Shown one piece after another: positions 10,408-18,716 of a stretch of DNA of 28,870 nucleotides. The notes under the pieces are model-generated. The model did not search any database and had not been told where the DNA came from. It was given only the letters and a program-made list of their open reading frames with translations. The stretch lies in assembly GCA_963773065.1 (NCBI GenBank), contig CAVYZN010000018.1, forward strand, positions 1 through 28,870, given 5' to 3'. Origin of the DNA: an uncultured Gammaproteobacteria bacterium (GTDB taxonomy: Bacteria; Pseudomonadota; Gammaproteobacteria; UBA9214). How positions within the stretch are numbered: position 1 is the stretch's first letter; the number at the start of each line of letters is the position of its first letter. The translations under genes and the position numbers were made by a program.

Positions 10408-10607
10408 TCTGCCGGCTTCGGGTGATTGAACGGACATGCCGGGAGGGCGCATGGGTGAGCGGGTGCCGCAGACTGCCAACACTGCATCCCGTGGTGCCGG
10501 GCCGCGGCGGTGGAATTCTCGGTCGATGAGACGCGGAGTTGTCCCGGCGCCGGCACGATCACGCAGCGGGTCGCTCCCCTTCGGCAACCCGGGTGGAAAT
10601 AGTCCCT

Positions 10608-12250
10608 ATGACGTTTAGACACCGCACCCGGTTTGCCGCCGTCCTGTTCGTTGCCGCGCTGGCCTTGTCTGCCCCAGGCGCCGATGCCGGCGGCCGCCGG
10701 CGACCCATCGCCTGATCGTCAGGTTCGTCAACCCCGCGGATGGCGGGGGAGCCCAGGCAGGGGTCGATGCCGTGCTGCTCGGGCGGTTGAACCGGCGCGC
10801 CGGCACGAACCTCACGCCGCTTCATGCCATGTCTTACAACGCCCGGGTTTTCGCGTTGCCGCAACGGGTGCCCGAGGCGGTGGCAGCCGCCATGGCCGCG
10901 CGACTGGCCGCCGATCCCGCTGTCGAGTACGCGATACCGGATCGCGTGATGAAGCCCTCGTTCGTTCCCAATGACCCCCTGTATGGCCGGCAGTGGAATC
11001 TGTTCGAGGATGCGGGCGGGGTTCGCCTGCCGGATGCCTGGGATCAGGAGCGCGGCGCCCCCGCGGTCGTGATCGCGCTGCTCGATACCGGCATCCTGGC
11101 GCACGCCGATCTCGACCCGGCACGGTCGGTGCCGGGTTATGACTTCATCAGCGATCGGGACAAGGCCAATGACGGCGATGGGCGCGATGCCGATCCCGCC
11201 GACCCGGGTGACTGGGTCGCCGCCGGCGAATGCGGTTCAGGCGAACCTGCCGAGGCCAGTTCCTGGCATGGGACGCTGGTCGCCGGCGTCGTCGGTGCGG
11301 CGACCGACAATGGCACGGGCATCGCCGGCGTGAACCACGGGTCGCGCCTGCTGATGGCGCGCGTGCTCGGCAAGTGCGGCGGCTTTACCTCGGACATCGT
11401 CGATGCCATGCGCTGGGCCGCCGGTCTGCAGGTTCCCGGCGTGCCGGACAACGCCAATCCCGTGCGGGTGATCAACCTGAGTCTCGGCGGGGATGGCCCC
11501 TGTACCCGCCTGGAGCAGGATGCCATCGACGAGGTGAACGCGCGGGGTGCGGTGGTCGTGGCGGCGGCGGGCAACGGCTGGGGCGACGTCGCCGATCAGA
11601 ATCCCGCCAATTGCCAGGGTGTGGTCACCGTGGCGGCCACGACGCGCAGCGGAGCCCGCGCCTCCTACACCAACACCGGCAGCGGGGTCGATCTGAGCGC
11701 GCCCGGTGGTGACGGCGGCGATGATCTGATCGCGCTCTCCAACACCGGCAGCACCGTGGCGGAGGCGGATGATTACCTGCCGGTGGCGGGCACCAGCTTC
11801 TCGACCGCCGAGGTCAGCGGTATTGCCGGGCTGATGTTGTCGGTCAACGGGGATCTCAACCCGCAACAGGTGCGTGACATCCTGGTGCAGAGCGCCCGCG
11901 CGTTCCCGGATTCCAGCTGCAACTCCCTGCTCTGCGGCGCCGGCATCGTCGACGCCGGCGCCGCCGTGCAGCAGTCCGTCACGACTCCGGTCAACCCGGA
12001 CACCGACGCCGACGGGGTAATAGATGTCAACGATTTGTGTCCGGACACGCCGGCCGGTTCGCCCGTGGATACCGAGGGTTGCAGCACGCTTCAGCTGAAC
12101 TCCGCGGGTAGTGGCGGCGGCGGCGGAGGCGGTGGAGGTGGCGGCGGGTGCGCACTCCGGCGTGCCGGCGGTTTCGATCCGCTGCTTCCGTTGCTGGTGT
12201 TCTTCTCCGGCCTGGGCCTGATCGTCCGTCGGCGCCCGGGCGCCAGGTGA
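10608..12250 (+). CDS. Secreted S8 subtilase with thrombospondin type 3-like repeat and Gly-rich C-terminal sorting signal; N-terminal frameshift
   Basis: Signal peptide MTFRHRTRFAAVLFVAALALSAPGADA, then HRLIVRF in a shifted frame; triad DTG, HGT, GTS; oxyanion AAGN; DTDADGVIDVNDLCPDTP...GC; poly-Gly-C...FDPLLPLL-TM-RRR. Confidence 0.9.
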
Positions 12251-12263
12251 TCGTGTCCGGCGG

Positions 12264-12668
12264 TCAGCTCCCCACGCCGAAGTTGCGCAGAGCGGTGCGG
12301 AAGGAGTTGAACGGGCTCATTACCGCATCACCGATAATGACCGCGTAGCCCAGCCAGTGGTAGAAGGTGGGCGTCTCTCCGAGTTTGAACACCAGGTAGG
12401 ACATCAGGCCGGTGGCGATGACCACCGCCAGCACCGCGAAGATGATATCGGACAGAAAGTAGGCGGTACTGATGTCGCCGGACTTGAAGAACTCGACGAT
12501 CAGCACGAAGATGCAAAGTCCGATGAAGATGTAGCCGGTGATGCCGTGCATATCCAGCCCGGTGAAGCGCACGACGAGCAGGTAGGCGATGAGGAGCAGG
12601 GTGTAGGGGATCTTGTTGTAGATCCGCATGCCCTTCTGGTTGCTTTTGATGGTAATGTCTTCAGACAT
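12264..12668 (-). CDS. Hypothetical four-TM membrane protein
   Basis: Intact ORF with GAGG RBS, GC-rich third codon positions and about four hydrophobic segments. Confidence 0.75.
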   Translation of the reverse strand: MSEDITIKSNQKGMRIYNKIPYTLLLIAYLLVVRFTGLDMHGITGYIFIGLCIFVLIVEFFKSGDISTAYFLSDIIFAVLAVVIATGLMSYLVFKLGETPTFYHWLGYAVIIGDAVMSPFNSFRTALRNFGVGS

Positions 12669-12802
12669 GGGTCGGTCCTCGAATGGCGAATAGGGATGTG
12701 CCGACGGGCATCGGCGTCTATGACTGAGGGGATTATCAGGGTTGCGTCACGGCTTTTCCAGAGCCTGTGCCCGGGGCGGGGGCCAGGGAGCGTCAGAGGA
12801 TG

Positions 12803-12883
12803 GGGAAACAGGGACATTCTGGTTTAACAGTGGGGTCTGCGTGAGCGGAGGGTTATCGATAAACCAGAATGTCCCCATTATCT
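12803..12883. repeat. 81-bp palindromic repeat, copy 1
   Basis: Perfect 16-bp inverted arms GGGACATTCTGGTTTA (12811-12826) / TAAACCAGAATGTCCC (12860-12875); 79/81 identical to 14175-14255. Confidence 0.95.
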
Positions 12884-13021
12884 ATATGTCTCGCGCTGGT
12901 TCTCCCTGTCCCTGAATTTTCTTGATGCTACGAACTGCACCAGTGATATCAGCACGAACAGTAAAAACCCCGTGATAACGCCGATGAGGTAGACAACGAA
13001 AAAAGCAAAGGAGGTAGTCAT
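12878..13021 (-). CDS. Putative 47-aa single-TM protein
   Basis: MTTSFAFFVVYLIGVITGFLLFVLISLVQFVASRKFRDR...; its ATG overlaps the upstream TGA (ATGA), and its stop lies inside the 81-bp repeat. Confidence 0.45.
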   Translation of the reverse strand: MTTSFAFFVVYLIGVITGFLLFVLISLVQFVASRKFRDRENQRETYR

Positions 13022-13290
13022 TGAAGTAGCGCCATGCCGAGTAGCGCGGAGATGAAGAGCCAGATGGCGGACGGCAGCGGTGTCTCTACAACGTTGCCAG
13101 AGTGCACGGGCCACACATACAGGTTGCCAGTTTTATCGGCCTCTGCATCCACGCAATCCCCGCAATTGTCAAATCCGAATGCTCACGTGTAATCGATGTC
13201 CCACGCTGCCTGGGTAGACCAGTAATACCAGTTCTGGATATTGGAAAAACGGCCGTAGTTGGCATTATGGGCCGCGGCTGTCAATACCCA
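13018..13290 (-). pseudogene. C-terminal remnant of a DUF1566 (Lcl) domain protein with VPLPA-CTERM-type sorting signal
   Basis: Not in the ORF track. Minus strand reads NYGRFSNIQNWYYWST...YT*AFGFDN, then after a shift DKTGNLYVWPVHSGNVVETPLPSAIWLFISALLGMALLQ*. It has an in-frame stop, a frameshift and no 5' end. Confidence 0.7.
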
Positions 13291-13323
13291 CGGGCGTCGC
13301 TACGTGCACTACATCGGAGAATG

Positions 13324-13496
13324 GGGGACAGACCACGTTTTTAGTCTGGCTTTGCAAGTCTTCTGACTTTTCCGGGTGTGACACGTCGTTGCAGCATGCG
13401 GAACACTTCTGCCTTGAATCGTTCGTTACTCAAGACATAATTGCCATTTGTGACAGTACGAATTTCAGCGATCATACGAAAACGTGGTCTGCCCCC
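13324..13496. repeat. REP-like inverted pair (GGGGACAGACCACG family)
   Basis: GGGGACAGACCACGTTTT (13324-13341) and AAAACGTGGTCTGCCCCC (13479-13496) are complementary at 17/18 positions around an AT-richer spacer. Confidence 0.85.
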
Positions 13497-13524
13497 TTTT
13501 AGCATTTACGACGTTGCGCATAAG

Positions 13525-14082
13525 ATGACTGATCATGCTGAACTCGACCGCCTCGTGTTTCACGAGGTAAATTCCCGGCTGTGGGTGGACTTCGAGTGTC
13601 TGTTCGAAAGTCGCGGGGGGCCGAAGGCGTGCTGGTGCATGGTCTGGAGATCGACGCCTGCTGAAGCGAAGCACAAGGACGGCGCGAGCCGCAAGGCGGC
13701 TATCGCGAAACGTGTGACTGCGGGAATCCCGATTGGGCTGCTCGGATACCTGGATGGTGAGCCTGTGGCCTGGTGCTCAGTGGCGCCGCGCTCCACCTAT
13801 CGGCGACTTGTCGCTGACAGCGCTGATGATGGCATCTGGTCGATTGCGTGTTTCTTCGTGGTGCGGAGGCTGCGCAGTCAAGGTATTACGCAACGAATCA
13901 TCGAGGCCGCCGTCGAGCATGCCCAGGCGCACGGCGCCTCGATTGTCGAGGCGTACCCCGTGGATCCGGATTCACCGAGTTACCGTTTCATGGGGTTCGT
14001 GTCCGTTTTCGAGAAGGCCGGCTTTTGCGAGGTCGGGCGGGCAGGCACGCGGCGCCATGTCATGCAGTTAAAGGTAAGGTAA
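13525..14082 (+). CDS. GNAT family N-acetyltransferase
   Basis: CWCMVWR, GLLGYLDGEPVAWCSVAPR, WSIACFFV...RSQGI, VEAYPVD and F.KAGF.EV. ATG 13525 is preferred over the TTG at 13441, which lies within the inverted-repeat pair. Confidence 0.88.
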   Translation: MTDHAELDRLVFHEVNSRLWVDFECLFESRGGPKACWCMVWRSTPAEAKHKDGASRKAAIAKRVTAGIPIGLLGYLDGEPVAWCSVAPRSTYRRLVADSADDGIWSIACFFVVRRLRSQGITQRIIEAAVEHAQAHGASIVEAYPVDPDSPSYRFMGFVSVFEKAGFCEVGRAGTRRHVMQLKVR

Positions 14083-14084
14083 TG

Positions 14085-14151
14085 TGCCAACCATCGCCTG
14101 GCATTCCATCGCGCGGCGTCGTCACGCCGCCGCTCAGGCGGCACGTTCAAG
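14085..14151 (+). other. Degenerate attC-like site
   Basis: TGCCAAC...CGCCTG...[GCGGCGT-cgtc-ACGCCGC]...CAGGCG...GTTCAAG starting 2 bp after the GNAT stop; core sites deviate from RYYYAAC/GTTRRRY. Confidence 0.4.
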
Positions 14152-14174
14152 CTGTAGAAAAAGTCTTGCAAAAC

Positions 14175-14255
14175 GGGAAACAGGGACATTCTGGTTTAAC
14201 AATGGGGTCTGCGGGAGCGGAGGGTTATCGATAAACCAGAATGTCCCCATTATCT
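14175..14255. repeat. 81-bp palindromic repeat, copy 2 (same orientation as copy 1)
   Basis: Differs from 12803-12883 at two positions, both in the loop region. Confidence 0.95.
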
Positions 14256-14310
14256 CAACCTCACTAACCCAATATCGACACCGATTATCTAACCGCCTAA
14301 GCCGCGGGCG

Positions 14311-15618
14311 TTACAGCAGACCCGAGAACAGCGTGGCGATGCCGAGGAAACTGAAAAAGCCGGTGCAGTCGGTGATGGTCGTCAGCACGATGGTCGAGGA
14401 TTGCGCGGGGTCCTGGCCGATCGCCGTCATCAGCAGCGGGATGGCCGCGCCGAAGACGGCGGCGATGACCATGGAGAGGATCATGGAGACGCCGATGATC
14501 CCCGCCATACCGGGGGACCCGCTCCACGCCCAGACCGCGAGCGCGGTGGTGGAGGCGACGGCGGCGCCGTTCAAGAAGCCGGCCGACATCTCCTTGAAGA
14601 TGATCCGCGGCCAGTGTTGGACGCGGATCTCGCGCAGTGCCAGGCCGCGAATGGTGACGGCGAGCGCCTGGGCGCCGGTGTTACCGCCTTGTCCGGCCAC
14701 GACCGGCATGAGCACGGCCAGCGCGGTGTACTTGGCGATCGTGCCCTCGAACAGGCCGACGACGGAGGCGGCGAGGAAGGCAGTGGCCAGGTTGATTTGC
14801 AGCCACGGGAGGCGCTTGCGCACGGCGAAGGAGACCTTCGAGAGGGCGCGCTCGTCCTTGCTGACGCCCACCATCGTCTGCACGGCGACGGTGGCCTCGT
14901 CCTCGGCCGCGGCCATGAGGTTGCGGTAGCGGACCACGCCGATGAGGCGCTCCTCCGCGTCCACCACCGGCAGGTCGGTGAGGCGGTAGCGCTCCAGGAT
15001 GTCCACCACCTCCTCGCGCGGCGCGAGCGCGCCGACCACCGCCCGCACCGGGCGCTGGATCTCATCGAGGCGCGTCGTCGCGCTCGCGGTGGCGATGTCC
15101 TGGATGTCCACCTCTCCCTCGAGACGATTGTCGGCGTTCACCACGAACAGCATGCGTACGCCACGCCGTCGCAGCGCGCGGATGCGGGCGAGGGCCTCAT
15201 TCACCGTGGTGTCGGGGCGCAGCAGCAGCACCCGCGGGTCCATCAGGGCGCCCGCGCTATCGGCCGGATAGGAAAGGATGGCGCGCACCTCCTCCGCGGT
15301 CGCCGCCGGCAGCCTTGCCAGATGTGTCTCGCGGGACTGCGGATCACCCATGGAGAGGAGCGCCGCCGCACGGGGAGTACCCATGTGGCGCAGCACCTCC
15401 GTCGCCCGGGCTTCCGCCAGGGTATCGATGGCGCGCCAGCCGACATCCGGGGACAGCCGTTCCCATATGCGCGCGGTCACGGTGATGGGATGCCTGGACA
15501 GGACGTCCGCGATGTCCGCGGGCGGCAGTCGTTCCAGCAACTGCACGGCGTCGTCCGGATGGTCTTCGATGAGGTCCCGTTGCAGGACATGGATGGCGTT
15601 GTCGATCCCCGGTTTCAT
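14311..15618 (-). CDS. mgtE: Magnesium transporter MgtE
   Basis: N-domain, YPADSAGALM, CBS pair, RLPWLQINL, GGNTGAQ, DPA and TTITD..GF metal-binding helix. Confidence 0.93.
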   Translation of the reverse strand: MKPGIDNAIHVLQRDLIEDHPDDAVQLLERLPPADIADVLSRHPITVTARIWERLSPDVGWRAIDTLAEARATEVLRHMGTPRAAALLSMGDPQSRETHLARLPAATAEEVRAILSYPADSAGALMDPRVLLLRPDTTVNEALARIRALRRRGVRMLFVVNADNRLEGEVDIQDIATASATTRLDEIQRPVRAVVGALAPREEVVDILERYRLTDLPVVDAEERLIGVVRYRNLMAAAEDEATVAVQTMVGVSKDERALSKVSFAVRKRLPWLQINLATAFLAASVVGLFEGTIAKYTALAVLMPVVAGQGGNTGAQALAVTIRGLALREIRVQHWPRIIFKEMSAGFLNGAAVASTTALAVWAWSGSPGMAGIIGVSMILSMVIAAVFGAAIPLLMTAIGQDPAQSSTIVLTTITDCTGFFSFLGIATLFSGLL

Positions 15619-15619
15619 G

Positions 15620-16453
15620 TCAGTCTTCCGTCTTGTGGTGTGCGCTCGCGCCGGCGTTGCCGGTGAACAGCGCCGCTACGCCCAGCCAGAAGATGTCCGC
15701 CAGCGCGGTGCGGGTGGCGGAAAGCTCGTTGCGCTCCGCCACTTCGGTGAGCAGATGCTGTTCTTCCGTCATCACCTTCGCGCGCGCCAGCACACCCTGG
15801 TACAGGCCCTCACGGTTGACCACCGGCAGGCTGTCGTGGGTCAACCAGGCGGGATGGTTGGTGACTGTCTGCAGCGCGGCGCGTGCGTTCAGCACCACGG
15901 GCGCCGGGCGCAGCACCCGCTGGATCTTGCTGCGGTCGCGCTCGCCGAGCAGGTCGCGCAGGTCAACCACGCCCGCCAGACGGCGGTTCTCGTCCAGCAC
16001 GCAAAGCGTGTGTCCCGTGCGCTGCCCGACGCGGCGCACCAGACGCAGCGCGTCGCCCACGCGCTGATCCAGGTTGAGGGTCAGCGCATCCGCATCGACG
16101 TAAGAACCGATCACCGTTTCCGGGTAGCGCAGGCGCAGGCGCAGCCGGGCCGCGGCCGGACGCGGCATGGCCGAGAACAGGCCTTTTACCTGCTCGGCGT
16201 TCATCAGGCGCAGCACCGCCACGGCCGCCAGCGACGGAATGCGCCCGAGTATCTCGGCCGCCGCCTTGGTCTGCAGATGGCCGAGGCAGCGGGCGGACGC
16301 AACCGGCGTCATGTGTACCAGCACGCTGGCCGCCAGCGGGCGCGGCATGGCCTGGAAGATGGCCTTGAGGTCGCGGCCATCGAGGCGCGCCAGGGTGCGG
16401 GCCGCGGCGGCCGGGTGCAGGGTGAGGTAACCTTTGGTGAGCGCGTCAAGCAC
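15620..16453 (-). CDS. MgtE N-terminal/CBS-domain protein lacking the transporter domain
   Basis: Helical repeats, YPETVIGSYVD and a CBS pair (LAGVVDLRDL, SLPVVNREG); overlaps the upstream gene and ends 1 bp before mgtE. Confidence 0.8.
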   Translation of the reverse strand: MLDALTKGYLTLHPAAAARTLARLDGRDLKAIFQAMPRPLAASVLVHMTPVASARCLGHLQTKAAAEILGRIPSLAAVAVLRLMNAEQVKGLFSAMPRPAAARLRLRLRYPETVIGSYVDADALTLNLDQRVGDALRLVRRVGQRTGHTLCVLDENRRLAGVVDLRDLLGERDRSKIQRVLRPAPVVLNARAALQTVTNHPAWLTHDSLPVVNREGLYQGVLARAKVMTEEQHLLTEVAERNELSATRTALADIFWLGVAALFTGNAGASAHHKTED

Positions 16454-17351
16454 GGCCGGGTTCCTGTTCCTCGATGATCAATGACACGGTTTCCAGGAAG
16501 GCGCGCGCCGGGATCCAGGCCTCTCCCTCCGCGGTCTCCACCATCACCGCCACCTGGGTCATCTCCAGGATCTCGCCCTCCAGCCCCTGCACGCGCACCC
16601 GCAGTCCGGGCCGATAGACCTTGCGCACATAGTGCGATGCCATGACGTTACGCACCGCATCCGCGGCGCCGATGCCGAAGGCAATCGCGGCGCTGCCGAA
16701 GAGCGCCGCCGCCGCCAGAATGATGATGTTGGCGAACAGGCTCACATCGAGCCCGAGCTGATTCAGCCCCAGCAGCAGCGCGAAGGCGAGGATAAGCCCC
16801 GCCACCAGGTGACCGAGCGAGAGTCCATGCTGAAAACCGCTGGAGTCGGCGACCGCCACGATCATGTTGCGTATGCCGCTGCTGATCAGGTAGCCGATGA
16901 ACAGGATGAAGGCGCTGATCAGCACCCGCGGCAGGTAACCCAGCAGTCCCAGCACCCAGTTGGCGAAGGTGATGAGGCCGAGCTGCTCCGCGGCGGCGCT
17001 CACGGCGTAGGTGAGCGTTATCCAGAAGGCGACGTTGCCGACCAGGTTCGAGACCGACCAGCGCGCGCGGGTGACCTCCTGGCCGAGCCAGCGGTGGACG
17101 ACGGACAGGATCACGTCCAGTCCCTTGCCGAAACGGTGCACCAGCCAACGCACGATGAATGCCGCCAGCCAGCCGATGACGAGCAGCGCCAGCGCCTCCA
17201 GCAGGTGGGGCAGAAAAGTCTTGAGCGCCACCGTCAACTCGCGCAGCGCACCTTCCAGCCACAGGCGCGGATTGTCGATGAGGTTCACCCCGATCTCCTT
17301 GAGCGGAGAGGGCGGCGGTGTTATCGGCGCTGCGTGGGGCGTAACTGCCAT
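16446..17351 (-). CDS. Small-conductance mechanosensitive channel-like protein (TM_helix repeats)
   Basis: FLPHLLEALALLVIGW and YLPRVLISAFILFIG repeats; AIAFGIG; C-terminal beta domain PGLRVRVQGLEGEILE. Start is inferred at ATG 17351. Confidence 0.82.
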   Translation of the reverse strand: MAVTPHAAPITPPPSPLKEIGVNLIDNPRLWLEGALRELTVALKTFLPHLLEALALLVIGWLAAFIVRWLVHRFGKGLDVILSVVHRWLGQEVTRARWSVSNLVGNVAFWITLTYAVSAAAEQLGLITFANWVLGLLGYLPRVLISAFILFIGYLISSGIRNMIVAVADSSGFQHGLSLGHLVAGLILAFALLLGLNQLGLDVSLFANIIILAAAALFGSAAIAFGIGAADAVRNVMASHYVRKVYRPGLRVRVQGLEGEILEMTQVAVMVETAEGEAWIPARAFLETVSLIIEEQEPGRA

Positions 17352-17525
17352 GGTCGAGTCCGCTGGGTAGGTGCTGACAGTGCCGCTAACTATACACAGG
17401 CTGCCGAACCGCACCAACCTTGCCGGCGGCGATTGTTGAGAAATCGAAGGGAAAGCGAGGCGTAGCTTCTCGTGTAAGTCACCGCCGGGAAAATCCGCGC
17501 GTGTCCGGCAACCGTTGTTTTGGGT

Positions 17526-17712
17526 ATGAAACTGGTTACTTTTGATGCGCTGCGCACACTGAAACTGCCCGGCGCCACCTACATCAAACCGGAACTCTTT
17601 CTCCGGCATCTGCCGTTGCTCCGGTCGGCTGACTGGGTGCTCTTTCCGGAATACTGGCAGGTCAATACGCTGGTGCTCGGGTTGCACTGCCGGATCTTCC
17701 CCAGCCATGCCA
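17526..17712 (+). pseudogene. N-terminal fragment of a RimK-like ATP-grasp protein
   Basis: MKLVTFDALRTL...YIKPE...ADWVLFPEYWQVN.L...RIFPS matches the N-terminus of an ATP-grasp family I recognise; similarity stops after about 62 aa. Confidence 0.65.
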
Positions 17713-17792
17713 CCCATCCTGCCATGCGGAGCCGGAGCCTACAATGATTCCGGCGGTCGCTACTCCTATGGCGCAGGATTCAACCGGCGAGA

Positions 17793-18005
17793 TTATTCCC
17801 GATGCAGGTCAGCAAGCTTTTTCTCGTACTCCTCCTGGTTGAGCTCGCCGGCCTTCAGGCGCAGTTGCAGGGACTTGACCAGTAATTCGTCATCAACCGG
17901 ATGCTTGCTTTTCGAAGCGGCCCAGAGGATGGCCAGGGCAATGCCGCCTATGGCCGACAGCCAGCAGAGGATCATGGCCCAGAAACCCAATTTCGAGATG
18001 TCCAT
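17793..18005 (-). CDS. Small SHOCT-domain membrane protein
   Basis: One TM helix followed by SLQLRLKAGELNQEEYEKKL (SHOCT pattern). Confidence 0.8.
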   Translation of the reverse strand: MDISKLGFWAMILCWLSAIGGIALAILWAASKSKHPVDDELLVKSLQLRLKAGELNQEEYEKKLADLHRE

Positions 18006-18043
18006 CACCCAATCACAATTCCGCCGCGCGGGGTCCTCGCCTC

Positions 18044-18222
18044 AGAGCCTGTGAAAATATCGACGGCCGTCGCGAGGGCGTCGATTGGCGTGCGAGGCAA
18101 GGCGCGCTGCGCGAAAACAAGGGAGTTTGGCGAGCCAAATGACCGAAGTTTTCGCGTGGCGCAACGCCGCCGCAGCCGCAAAGCGGCGTCCGCAGCAGGC
18201 TGGCGATATTTTCACAGGCTCT
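18044..18222. mobile_element. MITE-like non-autonomous element
   Basis: Perfect 19-bp terminal inverted repeats AGAGCCTGTGAAAATATCG / CGATATTTTCACAGGCTCT; no transposase; no exact target duplication visible. Confidence 0.8.
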
Positions 18223-18599
18223 TAGCTCAGGTCGATGGCATGCGCCTTCAGATCGGCCAGCGCAACCACCTCGAGTGTCCGCGCGTGGGTGGCGCGCAGG
18301 CACACATGAGATGCGCAACCGGCCTCCAATGCCTCTTTCCAGCGCGCCGCGCATACACACCAGCGGTCACCGGGCTTGAGGCCGGGAAACCCGAATTCCG
18401 GCATGGGCGTGACCAGGTCGTTGCCATGTGCCCGGCTGTAATCCAGGAAGGCCTGCGTCACGTTGGCGCACACGGTGTGCACGCCCGGATCCTGTGGCCC
18501 GGTTTCGCAGGACCCCGTGCGGGTATAGCCGGTCAGCGGTCGCAGGGAACAGGTTTCCAGCGGTTCTCCCAGTACGTTTTTCTGTTCGATAGCGTTCAT
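18222..18599 (-). CDS. DUF2237 family protein
   Basis: NVLGEPLETCS..PLTGY.R.G.C, GNDL.TP.PEFGFPGLKPGDRWCVCA.RW.EA and LRATH. Confidence 0.93.
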   Translation of the reverse strand: MNAIEQKNVLGEPLETCSLRPLTGYTRTGSCETGPQDPGVHTVCANVTQAFLDYSRAHGNDLVTPMPEFGFPGLKPGDRWCVCAARWKEALEAGCASHVCLRATHARTLEVVALADLKAHAIDLS

Positions 18600-18716
18600 G
18601 CGTCGCGTCGCTCCAGAGGCGGGTTCTGGCCGTATAACTTAATCGGTCTTCCGTGAAATGTAATGTAAGTAGTTGTCTGATAGTTTTTCATTTAACGGTC
18701 AGGGGTTCAGGGTGGT

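Noticed and set aside
12109-12148. GGC/GGT microsatellite-like run
   Set aside because: It encodes the poly-Gly linker with mixed codons; not a phase-variation tract.
14401-16477. Long plus-strand ORFs of 421 and 399 aa
   Set aside because: Antisense shadows of mgtE and the CBS-domain gene.
17352-17717. N-terminal extension of the 423-aa MscS-like ORF
   Set aside because: It overlaps the opposite-strand ATP-grasp fragment and intergenic DNA and does not look protein-like; ATG 17351 is the more plausible start.
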